A DNA stretch of 46,991 nucleotides from a virus (IMGVR_UViG_3300030613_000003:1-46991); one strand, 5' to 3'. Positions 17,244 through 28,400 are shown, counted from the first letter of the stretch. Numbers and translations are program-made. Notes: generated from the sequence alone by a model not told the origin.

Positions 17244-18764
17244 ATGGCAATAACCTTGATAACTCCGGCAAATGAGTGGATAACAGGGGCAACTGTACAG
17301 TTCAAGTTCGACCTTTCTGGTAGTGCTATTCGTAATTGGACTGATAACGGATGGATGGTATTAGGCGATTGGACTAATCTGTTAATGGGGACAGCAAAAT
17401 ATACACCTGGCGAGGGTTGGTCTGATTGGGTAGTTCGTCTTTTGTGGACAGAACAACAAATACTCGATTTTGCAAACTCTAATGATCCAAGACTAATAGG
17501 ATATAGTTTTGACATATTTAATGCTACCTCTATAGGTCAAGACTTTATTGATTACCCGGATGACCCTTATTTTATTAACGAAGAATATGCAGACTTGGTT
17601 TCGATAGTTCCATCTTCTGATGATGTTACTTGGACCGAAACGCTCATCGGTTCCGGTGAATACTCTTATCGTTTTACCGACATCTATGAATTCAGAACAT
17701 ACACTGGAAACCAGATAGAGGTTTCTACGGTATCAAGTCGCAATTATAATGTGGCATCCGAAGCAATAGCTGACGCCGGAGAAGCATACTTTGCTGGAAA
17801 CCCACCACATCAAACCGGACAAGATAGGGCTTGTTATTGGTTTGATCTTGATGGTAGTATTATAGAAAATTTGTCAGATCAAGATGTTGGAGAGTCGCCG
17901 GGGTTTGATTGTATCTCGGTATCGTTTGGTGGTTCTGGGACGGCATTGGTAATTGAATCGAGTAGTGGTAAGGATTATCTTTTATCTTCTCAAGAAGTAG
18001 TTGTCACTGTCCAGCTAAAAAAAGACCTTCCACCGGGCGGTCTATATTTATTTTGTCCCATCTACGCACAGGATTGGACCTCAACCCTGTTTCCACCTTT
18101 TTATCCGAACACTGATTACGCAGCCGAGGACGGAACGGCGTATGTTTCAAGTTACACATCCCTTCTTGTGAAACCTGTCACGGTCGAATTGATTAGTCCC
18201 GCCGACGACGCGACCGAAGTTCACTCAAAAGATATTCTAACGGCGAAAGTAACCGGTGTGAGTGAGACAACCGTTGTTAGTTCAGTGCAACTATATCTGA
18301 ATACCGTAAAAGTTTATGATGGCGGTCCCCAGGGTCCCAAACCATATCTTGCGTGGTACGTTGGAACGTACTGCCAACCAGGTACGGAATATGACTGGTA
18401 TGTAACCGCAACCATAGATGGTGCCGTATGCCAGAGTGAAATCTGGACCTTCACAACCGCAGAGAGACAGGATTTACATCCGAGTTTTTACTATAGCACC
18501 ACCTGGGATACGTCCACCCCGGCATACGATATTTATTTCGGAACTGTATCTGGTGATTTGGATTTGATAGTGGAAGATTGGGTAGAGCCGGAATGGGAGT
18601 GGGACATATATCCCCTGGACTATGATACGGACTATTACTGGAGGATAAACGATGGGCCGGAATATCATTTTAAGACGATGCCTATGTACCCTCCTCAGTG
18701 GCAGGTCAAGAACCTGCGATTAGTGGCGGCGGCGAATAATAAAATCTGGTACGAAGATATATGA
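17244..18764 (+). CDS. Acidic virion appendage / receptor-binding-like protein with Fn3-like C-terminal modules
   Basis: LISPAD..YDWYV..SEIWTFTT; YDIYFGT..DYYWRI. Confidence 0.6.
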   Translation: MAITLITPANEWITGATVQFKFDLSGSAIRNWTDNGWMVLGDWTNLLMGTAKYTPGEGWSDWVVRLLWTEQQILDFANSNDPRLIGYSFDIFNATSIGQDFIDYPDDPYFINEEYADLVSIVPSSDDVTWTETLIGSGEYSYRFTDIYEFRTYTGNQIEVSTVSSRNYNVASEAIADAGEAYFAGNPPHQTGQDRACYWFDLDGSIIENLSDQDVGESPGFDCISVSFGGSGTALVIESSSGKDYLLSSQEVVVTVQLKKDLPPGGLYLFCPIYAQDWTSTLFPPFYPNTDYAAEDGTAYVSSYTSLLVKPVTVELISPADDATEVHSKDILTAKVTGVSETTVVSSVQLYLNTVKVYDGGPQGPKPYLAWYVGTYCQPGTEYDWYVTATIDGAVCQSEIWTFTTAERQDLHPSFYYSTTWDTSTPAYDIYFGTVSGDLDLIVEDWVEPEWEWDIYPLDYDTDYYWRINDGPEYHFKTMPMYPPQWQVKNLRLVAAANNKIWYEDI

Positions 18765-20389
18765 CAATAAGTATATCCGAAAACGTGGCATATAAAAGAC
18801 TTGTAGCCGTCGGGAATAATGACGTTTGGTATGAGGACCTAACTGTGGCAGCAGGAACGATGGTAGAACTGGATACGTCCTCCGGGGCGATAGATACGAC
18901 TGATCAACTGAATATGTTCAGCCTGACCCAAAAGGTTTTCATAGTAAACGGGACCAAACTCAAGATTGCCGATTTTCAAAACACCAAGATTTATGACGAT
19001 TCCGGTTTCACCACCAAACCCGCCAGGGGCGATCTGGTCTATCAGGCGGGAACGGCTCCTGCCGTGATGTTGGTAGATTACATTAATGGCACCGATAAAA
19101 CTATGTATGGAACCGTGATTTCCGGTACATTTGAGGTTACTACGGCCATTACAACCGCCGTCAGTGGTGGTGGGACTGTGGTATTTCCGTCCCCCTCGGC
19201 ACCGAGTTCGACTGCCGCTCATTGGTATGATTGGGAAGTTTTTGATGAGGATACTACAACCTGGGGAACGATGCCCACTACGGCCTATCTGGGTTGTGCC
19301 TGGCGGGGCAGGGCGGTCCTGGCCGGAAATCCCTATTACCCATTCGAGTGGTATATGTCCCGACAGTTTAATCCATACGATTTTCAGTTTACTACAGACG
19401 AGGTTGATCCACAGATAGCTGTTATGGGTAGCATAAGTGACGCCGGACAAGTGCCTGATTTGCCCAGGGCGTTAATTCCGATAAATGATGATTATCTGGT
19501 TTTCGGGTGTGCGGACTCGGTAGAATGTCTGATCGGCGACCCGGCGATGGGCGGGTCGTTCCTGAATTTATCCAGGGAAGACGGTGTGTTTGGTAGTATG
19601 AGTTGGTGCGTAGGTGATAAAAATACCCTGTATTATTTCGGGACATTAGGTGGAATCTATCGCACTTTAATACCTGAACCGGCAGTTTGTATTTCCAGAG
19701 ACCCACTACCAAACCTATTAGGGAGCGAACTTGTCAATCCATCGACACACCGGATCACTATGGCGTATGACAGGAAGCGAAAAGGTATTTTAATCTGTGT
19801 AACAACACTGGCTACAGGAGCGAATTCAGATTATTTCTTTGACTTGACCACTGAAGGATTTTTCCCAGAATCATATCCTACACAATGTGCGGCATATTCC
19901 ACTTGCATATACCCGGCAAACGACCCGACTCTTTCGGAACTCCTCATAGGGTGTACCGACGGGTATATCAGGAGGTTCGATGATACTGATGAAGATGATG
20001 ATATTGGGACAACAGACCAGGCAATAAATAGTTATCTTATGCTCGGTCCCATCGACCTATCAGGAAACGCATATCTCGACGGGTTGTTGGAAGATATGGA
20101 AATCATTTTGGTAGGCGGGGCCGGGAGTTCGCACGGTGATTCCAACGATGTGACCTATCAGGTTTATACAGGTAGGACCGCCGAGGATGCGGTGGAATCC
20201 GCCGAAGTCGGCACGTCGCCAAAAATGAGCGGGACCTTCACGGCCCCAGGCAGGCAGAAAGGCAAAAGGCAAAAACGGGGAGTGCGGGGAAAATTTGCCG
20301 TGATAAAATTGTACAATCTTACAGCGACCCAAACGTGGGGACTTGAGAAACTTCTGGTTTCTACGAGAGTTGCAGGAAGGATAATGTAA
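18761..20389 (+). CDS. Tail nozzle / DNA stabilisation (tail tubular B-like) protein
   Basis: WRGRAVLAG..WYMSR..P.DF beta-propeller pattern; C-terminal RGK..I.L.N..W.LE. Confidence 0.7.
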   Translation: MTISISENVAYKRLVAVGNNDVWYEDLTVAAGTMVELDTSSGAIDTTDQLNMFSLTQKVFIVNGTKLKIADFQNTKIYDDSGFTTKPARGDLVYQAGTAPAVMLVDYINGTDKTMYGTVISGTFEVTTAITTAVSGGGTVVFPSPSAPSSTAAHWYDWEVFDEDTTTWGTMPTTAYLGCAWRGRAVLAGNPYYPFEWYMSRQFNPYDFQFTTDEVDPQIAVMGSISDAGQVPDLPRALIPINDDYLVFGCADSVECLIGDPAMGGSFLNLSREDGVFGSMSWCVGDKNTLYYFGTLGGIYRTLIPEPAVCISRDPLPNLLGSELVNPSTHRITMAYDRKRKGILICVTTLATGANSDYFFDLTTEGFFPESYPTQCAAYSTCIYPANDPTLSELLIGCTDGYIRRFDDTDEDDDIGTTDQAINSYLMLGPIDLSGNAYLDGLLEDMEIILVGGAGSSHGDSNDVTYQVYTGRTAEDAVESAEVGTSPKMSGTFTAPGRQKGKRQKRGVRGKFAVIKLYNLTATQTWGLEKLLVSTRVAGRIM

Positions 20390-21315
20390 TGGCTGAAACT
20401 GGTGGAACGTCTGGCTATAGAGGTTTATTCGAGGCGGCAATCGCCCGACTTCAACCCGGCAATGCAATGGAACGGGCGGCTTTTGAGGGTATAGAATCCG
20501 GTAAAAGAACGGCTGTCGGTAGTGCGATGCAAAATCTGGTGAGTGGCGGAATGGCGGGTAGTTCTCTCGCCGGATCAGTTCCCATCATTGCTGAAAAGGC
20601 GGCTGCTTCGTCCAGACTTGGCGTGACCGCCGCCAGGGAACAGTTGCTTTCCGGCGTGGAAACAAACCTTGCTGGTTTGTTGTTCCAGGGGGAAGAAACC
20701 GAAAAGGGGCGACAATTCACGGCAGCACAGAATCAATTAAACCAGGAATTTCAAGCAAAACAGGCGGCATTGGATCGTGAGTATTCGTCTGCGGAAGCCA
20801 GAAAATCTGAGGCGTATCAAACGAAACAAAGCCAATTAACCCGTGATTTCACGGCGGCACAAAATGCTTTAGACCGCCAGTATGGAATTTCTACTGCGGC
20901 CAGGACTGCTGCTAATACGGCTGCCTTACAATCATCGGCTCAGAAATTCACGGCGGAACAGAACGCTTTGAACAGAACTGCACAATATCCAAGTCTTACT
21001 GGAAGCAATCTGTTTAGTAGTACGCCACCATCGTTGCTTGGCGGAACCACGACGGGTGGAATCCTTACATCGGGTTGGGATACCGCATCAATGCAGCAAA
21101 CATTCAACCCGACTTTAGACACTACTTCCTATGTTCAGTCATCTCCCTGGACCGGTAGTGAATGGACCCCGACATATAAAGATGACTATACTCCAACCCA
21201 AATGACAAACTATGGGACATCTACAGCCCCGCAAACAAATCCGATTCAAGGTTACATAAATGATTGGTTGACGTATGGGAATTATGGGGGTGGTGGAGGG
21301 GGTGGAAGTTGGTAA
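20389..21315 (+). CDS. Putative ejection/pilot protein
   Basis: Ala/Gln/Ser-rich; FTAAQNALDR-type repeats; follows the nozzle gene. Confidence 0.55.
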   Translation: MAETGGTSGYRGLFEAAIARLQPGNAMERAAFEGIESGKRTAVGSAMQNLVSGGMAGSSLAGSVPIIAEKAAASSRLGVTAAREQLLSGVETNLAGLLFQGEETEKGRQFTAAQNQLNQEFQAKQAALDREYSSAEARKSEAYQTKQSQLTRDFTAAQNALDRQYGISTAARTAANTAALQSSAQKFTAEQNALNRTAQYPSLTGSNLFSSTPPSLLGGTTTGGILTSGWDTASMQQTFNPTLDTTSYVQSSPWTGSEWTPTYKDDYTPTQMTNYGTSTAPQTNPIQGYINDWLTYGNYGGGGGGGSW

Positions 21316-21756
21316 ATGGCTAATCTTCCGATAGTATCGCCCAAAAACTGTGACTCATCGGTCCGACTGGCGATTCAACGCCTGGCCGGACGGTCCCTTT
21401 CAACCGGGGCGAGTCCAGAATTTTATGGACTGACCCTTTCAAGTCTGACGGCATCCAGATTGGTTTCTTCTAATGCCAGTAAAGGATTGGCGTCTACTGA
21501 CTTGAATTCCTGGATAACCGGAACGACCAACCAGGTTATTGTGGCTGATGATGGTGACGGGACCATAACACTTTCATTGCCACAAGATTTAGGTATCTAT
21601 AATAGTGCCTTTTTCAATAGTATTACTATTCAAGATGCCGACAAAAATGTTGTTCTATTTTGTGGCCCAAGTGAATTTTACATAACTGAATACCAGACCA
21701 TTGCCGTAGGTGGGGAACCAAGAGGATTGCTCCTGGTTCTGACTAAACCAGCATAG
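21316..21756 (+). CDS. Short tail fibre-related protein
   Basis: Shares LTASRL..TDLNSW.TGT.NQ..DD.DGTITLSLPQ with 22995-24467. Confidence 0.65.
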   Translation: MANLPIVSPKNCDSSVRLAIQRLAGRSLSTGASPEFYGLTLSSLTASRLVSSNASKGLASTDLNSWITGTTNQVIVADDGDGTITLSLPQDLGIYNSAFFNSITIQDADKNVVLFCGPSEFYITEYQTIAVGGEPRGLLLVLTKPA

Positions 21757-21765
21757 GAGACAAAA

Positions 21766-22500
21766 ATGGCAGACAATATAGCAATAACCGCCGGAACAGG
21801 TACAACTATAGCAACAGACCAGGTGGGTACTGTCCACTATCAGAAAGTCAAATTGATTGATGGAACCTCAGATAGTGAAACCGCGATTGCCGTTGCCGGT
21901 GGAGTTGAGGCGGCGGCTCTTAGAGTAACAATCGCCAGTGATAGTACGGGTGTAGTTTCGGTGGACGATAATGGTGGTGCCCTTACGGTAGACGGTACGG
22001 TAACAGCTTCCAATGCCGCTGGTGATGTGGCTTCTGATTCTGCCGATTCCGGGAATCCTGTAAAGGTCGGCGGAAAAGCCGTGAATATGGACGGGACTAC
22101 TCCCGGCACGGCAGTGACGGAAGCCGACCGAGCGAATTTTATCACGGATTTGTACGGACGCCAATGTGTTGAAACTGTGCATCCGTGTTTTTGGTCTGCG
22201 TCTGCGGCCTATACTGGGGCACAGACCGCCGTTGAAGTTGTGGCTGCCCCAGGTGCGAGTCTGAGTTTGTATGTCACTGATGTTATAATTTCTAATGGGG
22301 CAACTGCCGGAAATGTGAAATTGGGCGAGGATACGGCGGCACTGGTGGACAAGATAGAGGTGATGTATTTTGCAATAAATGGTGGAGCAGTGATGAATCT
22401 TAGAACGCCAATTAAACTAACGGCCAACAAGAATCTTGGACTAACATCTGTGACCTGTACTACTCACACTGTTACGGTTTGCGGATATACGGCCCCATAG
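21766..22500 (+). CDS. Putative virion structural protein
   Basis: AGGAG RBS; Ala/Thr/Gly/Val-rich 244 aa. Confidence 0.7.
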   Translation: MADNIAITAGTGTTIATDQVGTVHYQKVKLIDGTSDSETAIAVAGGVEAAALRVTIASDSTGVVSVDDNGGALTVDGTVTASNAAGDVASDSADSGNPVKVGGKAVNMDGTTPGTAVTEADRANFITDLYGRQCVETVHPCFWSASAAYTGAQTAVEVVAAPGASLSLYVTDVIISNGATAGNVKLGEDTAALVDKIEVMYFAINGGAVMNLRTPIKLTANKNLGLTSVTCTTHTVTVCGYTAP

Positions 22501-22509
22501 GAGATAAAA

Positions 22510-22995
22510 ATGGCTGATTGGTTGGGAATTACAAGTGCAAATCTTTCTTCCTTTTGCGGTGGAGCTAATCTTGATGACGCACTTGATGGAACGGGTTTTT
22601 GGGATCATCAAATAGAAACATACGATACCCATTGGTTTATTCTCGATTTAGGCGAAACTTCTACTATCACAAAGGTTAGAGGAAGATCAAATTGTTCTTA
22701 TTCTCCAATCCTTGTAAATATCTATGTTAGTGACGATTCAGAGGTTTGGGGTGATGCAGTCGTTTCAAACATATCAACCTGGCACGATGTTGATGAGTGG
22801 CAAGAGGCCGAAACTACCTCCAAAAATGGAAGATATATTAAAGTAGAAATAACTGACACACAAGCAAGTTTTCATAATAGCATATATTGGGGCAAAACTA
22901 CACCCCCTTTTACAATCTTTGATGTGTACGGTACGGCAGGAGGAGGAAGTACAGCTGGAGCGATGTCACTCAACACGAGGTTCTGGGGAACTTAA
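22510..22995 (+). CDS. Discoidin (F5/8 type C)-like carbohydrate-binding protein
   Basis: HWFILDLG..ITKV..IYVSDD..W..GRYIKVEIT. Confidence 0.8.
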   Translation: MADWLGITSANLSSFCGGANLDDALDGTGFWDHQIETYDTHWFILDLGETSTITKVRGRSNCSYSPILVNIYVSDDSEVWGDAVVSNISTWHDVDEWQEAETTSKNGRYIKVEITDTQASFHNSIYWGKTTPPFTIFDVYGTAGGGSTAGAMSLNTRFWGT

Positions 22996-24467
22996 TGGCC
23001 AACATAATTCACATAGACCGGGTGAATAATAACGTCGAGTTGGAATTGCTTACGGCATCCAGGCTCCTGGCCCTGAGTGCCGCCAATGTGGTGCAGAACA
23101 CCGACTTGAATTCTTGGGTTACAGGAACTTCAAACCAGATTACTGTGACCGATGACACAGACGGCACAATCACTCTGTCGCTTCCACAGAGCATCCACAC
23201 AGCAGCCACCCCGACGTTTGGTGGACTTACTATTGGTTCTCTTGCAGGTATTCTAAAGGGCACGGCAGGTGTAGTCGCGGGCGGAGCCACTCACGCCGAA
23301 CTTGCAAGTATTGACACCAACCAGCACATTGACCATACGGGAGTTTCTGTTTCTGCTGGCACCGGAATGTCCGGTGGGGGAACCATAGCCGCAAATAGGA
23401 CACTAAACTGTGACATCACACAATATACAGACGCCCTGGCGAGAACAGCCTGTATCGCTGCTGCTATTTCAGATGGAGACACAACCCACGCCCCTGATGG
23501 TAATTCGATATTCGACGCCCTGGCACTCAAGGCCCCGATTGCCAGTCCTACTTTTACCGGTACGGTGACATTGCCTGCATCGGTTATTATCCCCAATGCT
23601 GGTTATATTGGTTCTGCATCAGATACCGATGCTGTCCAAATAGAGGCTGCCGGGGCTGTGGTTTTGACCCAAAATCTTGGCATAGGAACTTCTCCAAGTT
23701 ACCCATTACATATAGTCAAATCCAACATCGGCAGCCCAACGATTTTTCTACTCAAGAATAGTGATGCTACAGATTTGTCATCTGATTGTAGAATATATCT
23801 ACAAACCGGTGGGACGGGAGCAGGAGACCCAGCAGTAGTTTATGATGTTTATGGTGGTGGTGGGTGGCACGTTGGCGTCGACAATAGCGATAGCGATAGT
23901 TTCAAAATAGGACAAGGTGCTACTGTAGGAACTAACCCTGCAATAATTATTGATACTTCCCATAACATAACTCTTTCTGGTAACATCACAATAGCCGACG
24001 GAAAGACCATAGGTCAATCTGCCGGGCCTTTAATGAGGTTTGACGATACCAGTAACAGACTATGGTTTTTGGGTTGCGAAGGAAATTATATTTTTAATGG
24101 AGCAACTTCGACCGGAATTCTCTTTTCGTTGGGAGAGGCGTTTAAGGGGATGTTCACACTATCGGCCTCCGAAATGGTGTTTGCCCCCTGGTCGGACCAT
24201 CACATACCGATAAACTTTCAGACCAGTGGGGCCAATCGAATAACGATATTGGACGGCGGCAATGTTGGAATAAGCGACTCTGCTCCCGGTGAACGCCTTG
24301 ACGTGACAGGTAATGCAAATGTCACCGGGGTCTATAAAGTAGATGACGTTCAAGTTGTAAGCAACCAGGGACTCGCCGTAGCAGATGCTACTGACGCGGC
24401 TTCGGTCATAACCCAATTAAATGCTCTATTGGCACGATGTAGAGATCACGGTTTAATAGCAACGTAG
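22995..24467 (+). CDS. Tail fibre protein
   Basis: KAPIASPTFTG, NLGIGTSPSYPLHI, GNVGI..P..LDVTG fibre motifs. Confidence 0.85.
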   Translation: MANIIHIDRVNNNVELELLTASRLLALSAANVVQNTDLNSWVTGTSNQITVTDDTDGTITLSLPQSIHTAATPTFGGLTIGSLAGILKGTAGVVAGGATHAELASIDTNQHIDHTGVSVSAGTGMSGGGTIAANRTLNCDITQYTDALARTACIAAAISDGDTTHAPDGNSIFDALALKAPIASPTFTGTVTLPASVIIPNAGYIGSASDTDAVQIEAAGAVVLTQNLGIGTSPSYPLHIVKSNIGSPTIFLLKNSDATDLSSDCRIYLQTGGTGAGDPAVVYDVYGGGGWHVGVDNSDSDSFKIGQGATVGTNPAIIIDTSHNITLSGNITIADGKTIGQSAGPLMRFDDTSNRLWFLGCEGNYIFNGATSTGILFSLGEAFKGMFTLSASEMVFAPWSDHHIPINFQTSGANRITILDGGNVGISDSAPGERLDVTGNANVTGVYKVDDVQVVSNQGLAVADATDAASVITQLNALLARCRDHGLIAT

Positions 24468-24475
24468 GAGATAAA

Positions 24476-25492
24476 ATGCCAGGTTTACCATTTCAGTCAT
24501 TACCGGCGGCACAAACAGCCGAATCCATATTCCAAGAGCAATTTGAAGAACAGAAACGACAGTTGCAGGAGCAGTTTGACCTGGCTTGGAACACAATACG
24601 CGGGCGAGCGGGAACTACCCTTCGCCCAGTCCAGGCGAATGAAATGTTGGCTGAACTTCACGCCAAAGGCCAGGCGGCGGCACTGGAACTCAAACAGAAA
24701 CACCAATCACAAATGGGTGCGTTCAAACGGATAGACGCGATGGTGTCACAAGGACTACTTACTAATGGCGAGGAAGCCAAACTGGATATGGTCCTTGACC
24801 CAGAGGTTAGGAAATACCAACCAAAATCCCAAGATGTTGAAACACGGTTCAAAGGTTTGGAGTCTCTGAAACACATTCTCGAACAGGACCTGATTCCGTT
24901 TAAGCTGGAGCCAGGACCCACAACAGAGAAAAAATGGCGGTCGCCTTTTGTTACTCCGTCTAAACCCTGGGGACCGGCAACTATGAGGGGACCGGCGTTT
25001 TTAAGATGGCCGCAATATACTGAGGAAATAGAATCTCCCACATCCAAACTATTTATAAGCGAGCGACCGGAATATGTTTGGAATGATACAACGGGTAGTT
25101 ATATTCTCAGGCGGACGGAACCGATGCGAGAAGCCACAAACGAAGAAATTGACCGATATGAAGCTACAATGGCACTGTTACAAGAAGTCTATGCGAAGAA
25201 AACTAAATTGGCCAGTCAGATAGACCTGGCCGGTTCTATGCAAAAAGCTGGGCTTAGAAAGATGGGCGGTGGGGCGTTTGACCAGAAAATCACGACCTCG
25301 ATGCAGGATAGGTTGACGCCCGGTGAGGTTGCAGAAGGGTGGACAGGATATGGTCCGTCGTTCAGGGAACAACCGACCACGACGGCACCACAGGCGGCAC
25401 CGACAACAGCCGACAAGGTTTACAAAAAAGGTGACACACGGACCATAAAAGGCGTCACTTATACTTTTGACGGCGAGGTTTGGAGAAGTTAA
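24476..25492 (+). CDS. Putative internal virion protein
   Basis: AGGAG RBS, Gln-rich coiled coil, position. Confidence 0.6.
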   Translation: MPGLPFQSLPAAQTAESIFQEQFEEQKRQLQEQFDLAWNTIRGRAGTTLRPVQANEMLAELHAKGQAAALELKQKHQSQMGAFKRIDAMVSQGLLTNGEEAKLDMVLDPEVRKYQPKSQDVETRFKGLESLKHILEQDLIPFKLEPGPTTEKKWRSPFVTPSKPWGPATMRGPAFLRWPQYTEEIESPTSKLFISERPEYVWNDTTGSYILRRTEPMREATNEEIDRYEATMALLQEVYAKKTKLASQIDLAGSMQKAGLRKMGGGAFDQKITTSMQDRLTPGEVAEGWTGYGPSFREQPTTTAPQAAPTTADKVYKKGDTRTIKGVTYTFDGEVWRS

Positions 25493-28400
25493 TGGCGGCT
25501 TTTACTACCGAAGAACTTGATAAGATGGAACAAGGGGTTTTTACCACTGAAGAACTCGACAGAATGGAAGAACCCGCATCCGTCAATATGCTGGCTCAAC
25601 AAAAGGCAGAACGTGAGGCTACTATTGCCCTCGGTGCGGCACCGAAAGAACCGAGTGCTGTAACGTCCCAAATGGCCGATCCTGCGGATGTCGGACCTGT
25701 AACCCCGACGCCACCGATTCAGTGGTCCCTGGCGGATATAGGGCGGATTCCTGGTAGGGTTGGTGGCACACTCAAGATGGGTGGACTCCAGGTGGGCGAG
25801 TCTATGGCCAGGGCGGTTCAACACGGTGCAGAATTCGTGGCGAAGGAAGTTTTCCCTGATCTCAAAGATAAGGACATACGGTCATTCTTCGAGGCATCGG
25901 CAACATACCCAGTAGGGGCGGCAAAACACGAAAAATTCCTATCTGACGTCGCTCGAATTCCTGATATGCTTGCTGATGTGGCACAGGCCAAAAGGGAAAA
26001 AATACTGACCGGTAGATCACGATTTACATTCAGGGAAAGTCCTATACTATACGCGACAGAATTGGTGGAACAAAATCTACCTACAACGGCAGTTGCATTG
26101 GGAGTAGGAATTCTTGCCGGGGCACCTGCCGGTCTTGCTGTGATGGGTGTGAGTGAATTCGGATCAGCCGCAGAACAACAGGCCGGAACTGGTGCGTCGA
26201 TTGAAAAACAGACAATGATAGGGATTCTGTCGGCTGCTGCTGAAATCGGCGGTGAGATGTTGGTGTTCCCAAAAATCCTGAAAGGAGTAGAGGGTGGTGG
26301 GTTTACAGTCCGGGCAATTATGGATATTATGGCGGAAAACGCCGGACAGGAAACAGTCACAGGATTTGCTCAGGGGTTTTTACAGACATTTGGAATTGAG
26401 ACCTCGAAAGGTATCGGCATTAAGGAAGCCGTAGAGAAAGCCCTTATGGCTGGTCTGGCTGCGATGCCCGAAAATGCTTGGGTGGGCGGTCTGTCTGCCG
26501 GAGTGACTACAACTTCGATTACGGCGGCGGGCAAAGCTATAGATACGATTAAACATATCGCGGCAGTTAAGGAGACTATTGAGAAACCTGATGCTGACGC
26601 TATTGCTACCGTTGACGCCCAAATAGAAAACATCCAAAAAGATGAAACTATTCCAGAAGAACAGAAAAAAGCCATCATTGGGATTCTCGGTAATATCGTG
26701 ACTGATTGGGAAACGAAGATTATTTCTAAAATTCCTGGGGAAATCACTGACCTTGAATCTTTAGAGAAGTGGGGAAACGCGGTCGCTAAGGATTTAGGCG
26801 TGGATAAAATCTTGGAAGAACTTGCCAAGAAACACGGAATACAGCCGAATATCGTGTGGCAGGTTACAGATAAGGCCGTTGCGCGGTGTAGGGCGTGGGC
26901 CGAGGGACCAGAAATAGGGGGAACCAGAGAAAGATTTGGTATAAAGATATGGGATTTTGAACGTGCAGTTAGACTCTATCCAGCCGACATTAAAAATTCT
27001 GTCATCCACGAACTCGCCCATTTCGCACAGAAACCTCGAATAGACAGAGGAAGGATAATAAGACGTGCGATCCATCATCCCGAATTCAAATCCTGGCTTG
27101 CTGCCAAGATCGCAGAACAGTTACCAAAGAAACGAATTGCCGTTCCCCGAAAAGAAACCGGTCCGCAGGAGATTGAGTTGACTCCCCAGGGCGAGATAGC
27201 CCCGGCTGCGGGGAAAGCGATAACAGAACTGAAATACGATGATACTCTTATTTCTAAAAGGGGTAAGGAATTCTGGACTGTAGTTAGTGTAAACCAAGAA
27301 AACCAAACAGCAATAATTTCACGGGAGCAGGCTTCTGACACTCCGAGTAATACTCGAAAAATCAGTCTGAAAACCTTGTCTCGATTTTATACCATCCAGG
27401 ATAAGATAGTTGTCCCGCCCGCCCCGGCTGCCCCGGCTGCGGAGAAGGTAGAACCCAGGCCGTCAGAACCAACCAAGAAAAAACCTTCTGGGAAGAAACT
27501 CAAGAGGGAAGCACATAAAATCCAGAAACAGTATAAAATCAGTGACGAAGATTTCTACGCCCTGGAGGAGGAAACTACCGGCAAGAGATCAATGAAAGAT
27601 ATGACAGTGGGGGAGATGGCCTCTTTTGTCAAGGCCCTGCGGGAAATGTACGGACCTATCACAGGATTGTCCGAGGACGATCTCGAAAGACCGATTTTCT
27701 TTAAGGGTAAATGGATTCCTGCGGAACAAGTTTTCGGGCCGGTGGTTTCCCTTGTAGACGGCCTTCCAAATGTCGGAAAGATACCCGCACACGTAGTTCC
27801 AGGCGGAATAGGTGCGGCCCCTAAAAAACTTGTCAGTGGCATTTGGCGAGTTTTTATGGGTTTGTATCGTGCCCGACCGTCCCGACTATTTAACATCCTC
27901 GGCGGGTTCAAAAATACTATTCTCACGGATATTGGCCACGATCTGATTGAAGACGGGGCCGAGAGAAAATCCAATCATCAAATGTCATTTTATACCGATG
28001 GTGTCTGGAAATTTTTTGCCGAAAAGGGTTTCGATTCTAAGGCATTGGCCGGAATCAGCCGAACTCAATGGCGGGGACCAATGCCGTACAAAGTTATGCA
28101 AGAACTATTGGGTAAAGGAATGAAGCGAACAGACATTAAGTTCGGCAAAACAACCTATTCTATTACCCGCAGTAGTTTGTGTCATCATTACCTGCAAGTT
28201 CGGCAACCGGATGGAATGGCCCACGCAGTGAAAGATGGTTTGATTTTTGCCGAAGTTCACACAGGACCACTCACTGAGGCCGAGGTTACGACACAAATAA
28301 TCAATCAGGCGAAATCCGATCCTTTCTGTGTAGCGGCGGCGGAATGGATAGATACTGTTGCACCATATTATTGGCGTGATCCAACCAATAATATATCTGT

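Noticed and set aside
17244-24467. Diversity-generating retroelement acting on fibres
   Set aside because: No reverse transcriptase, and the repeated segments do not show adenine-specific mismatches.
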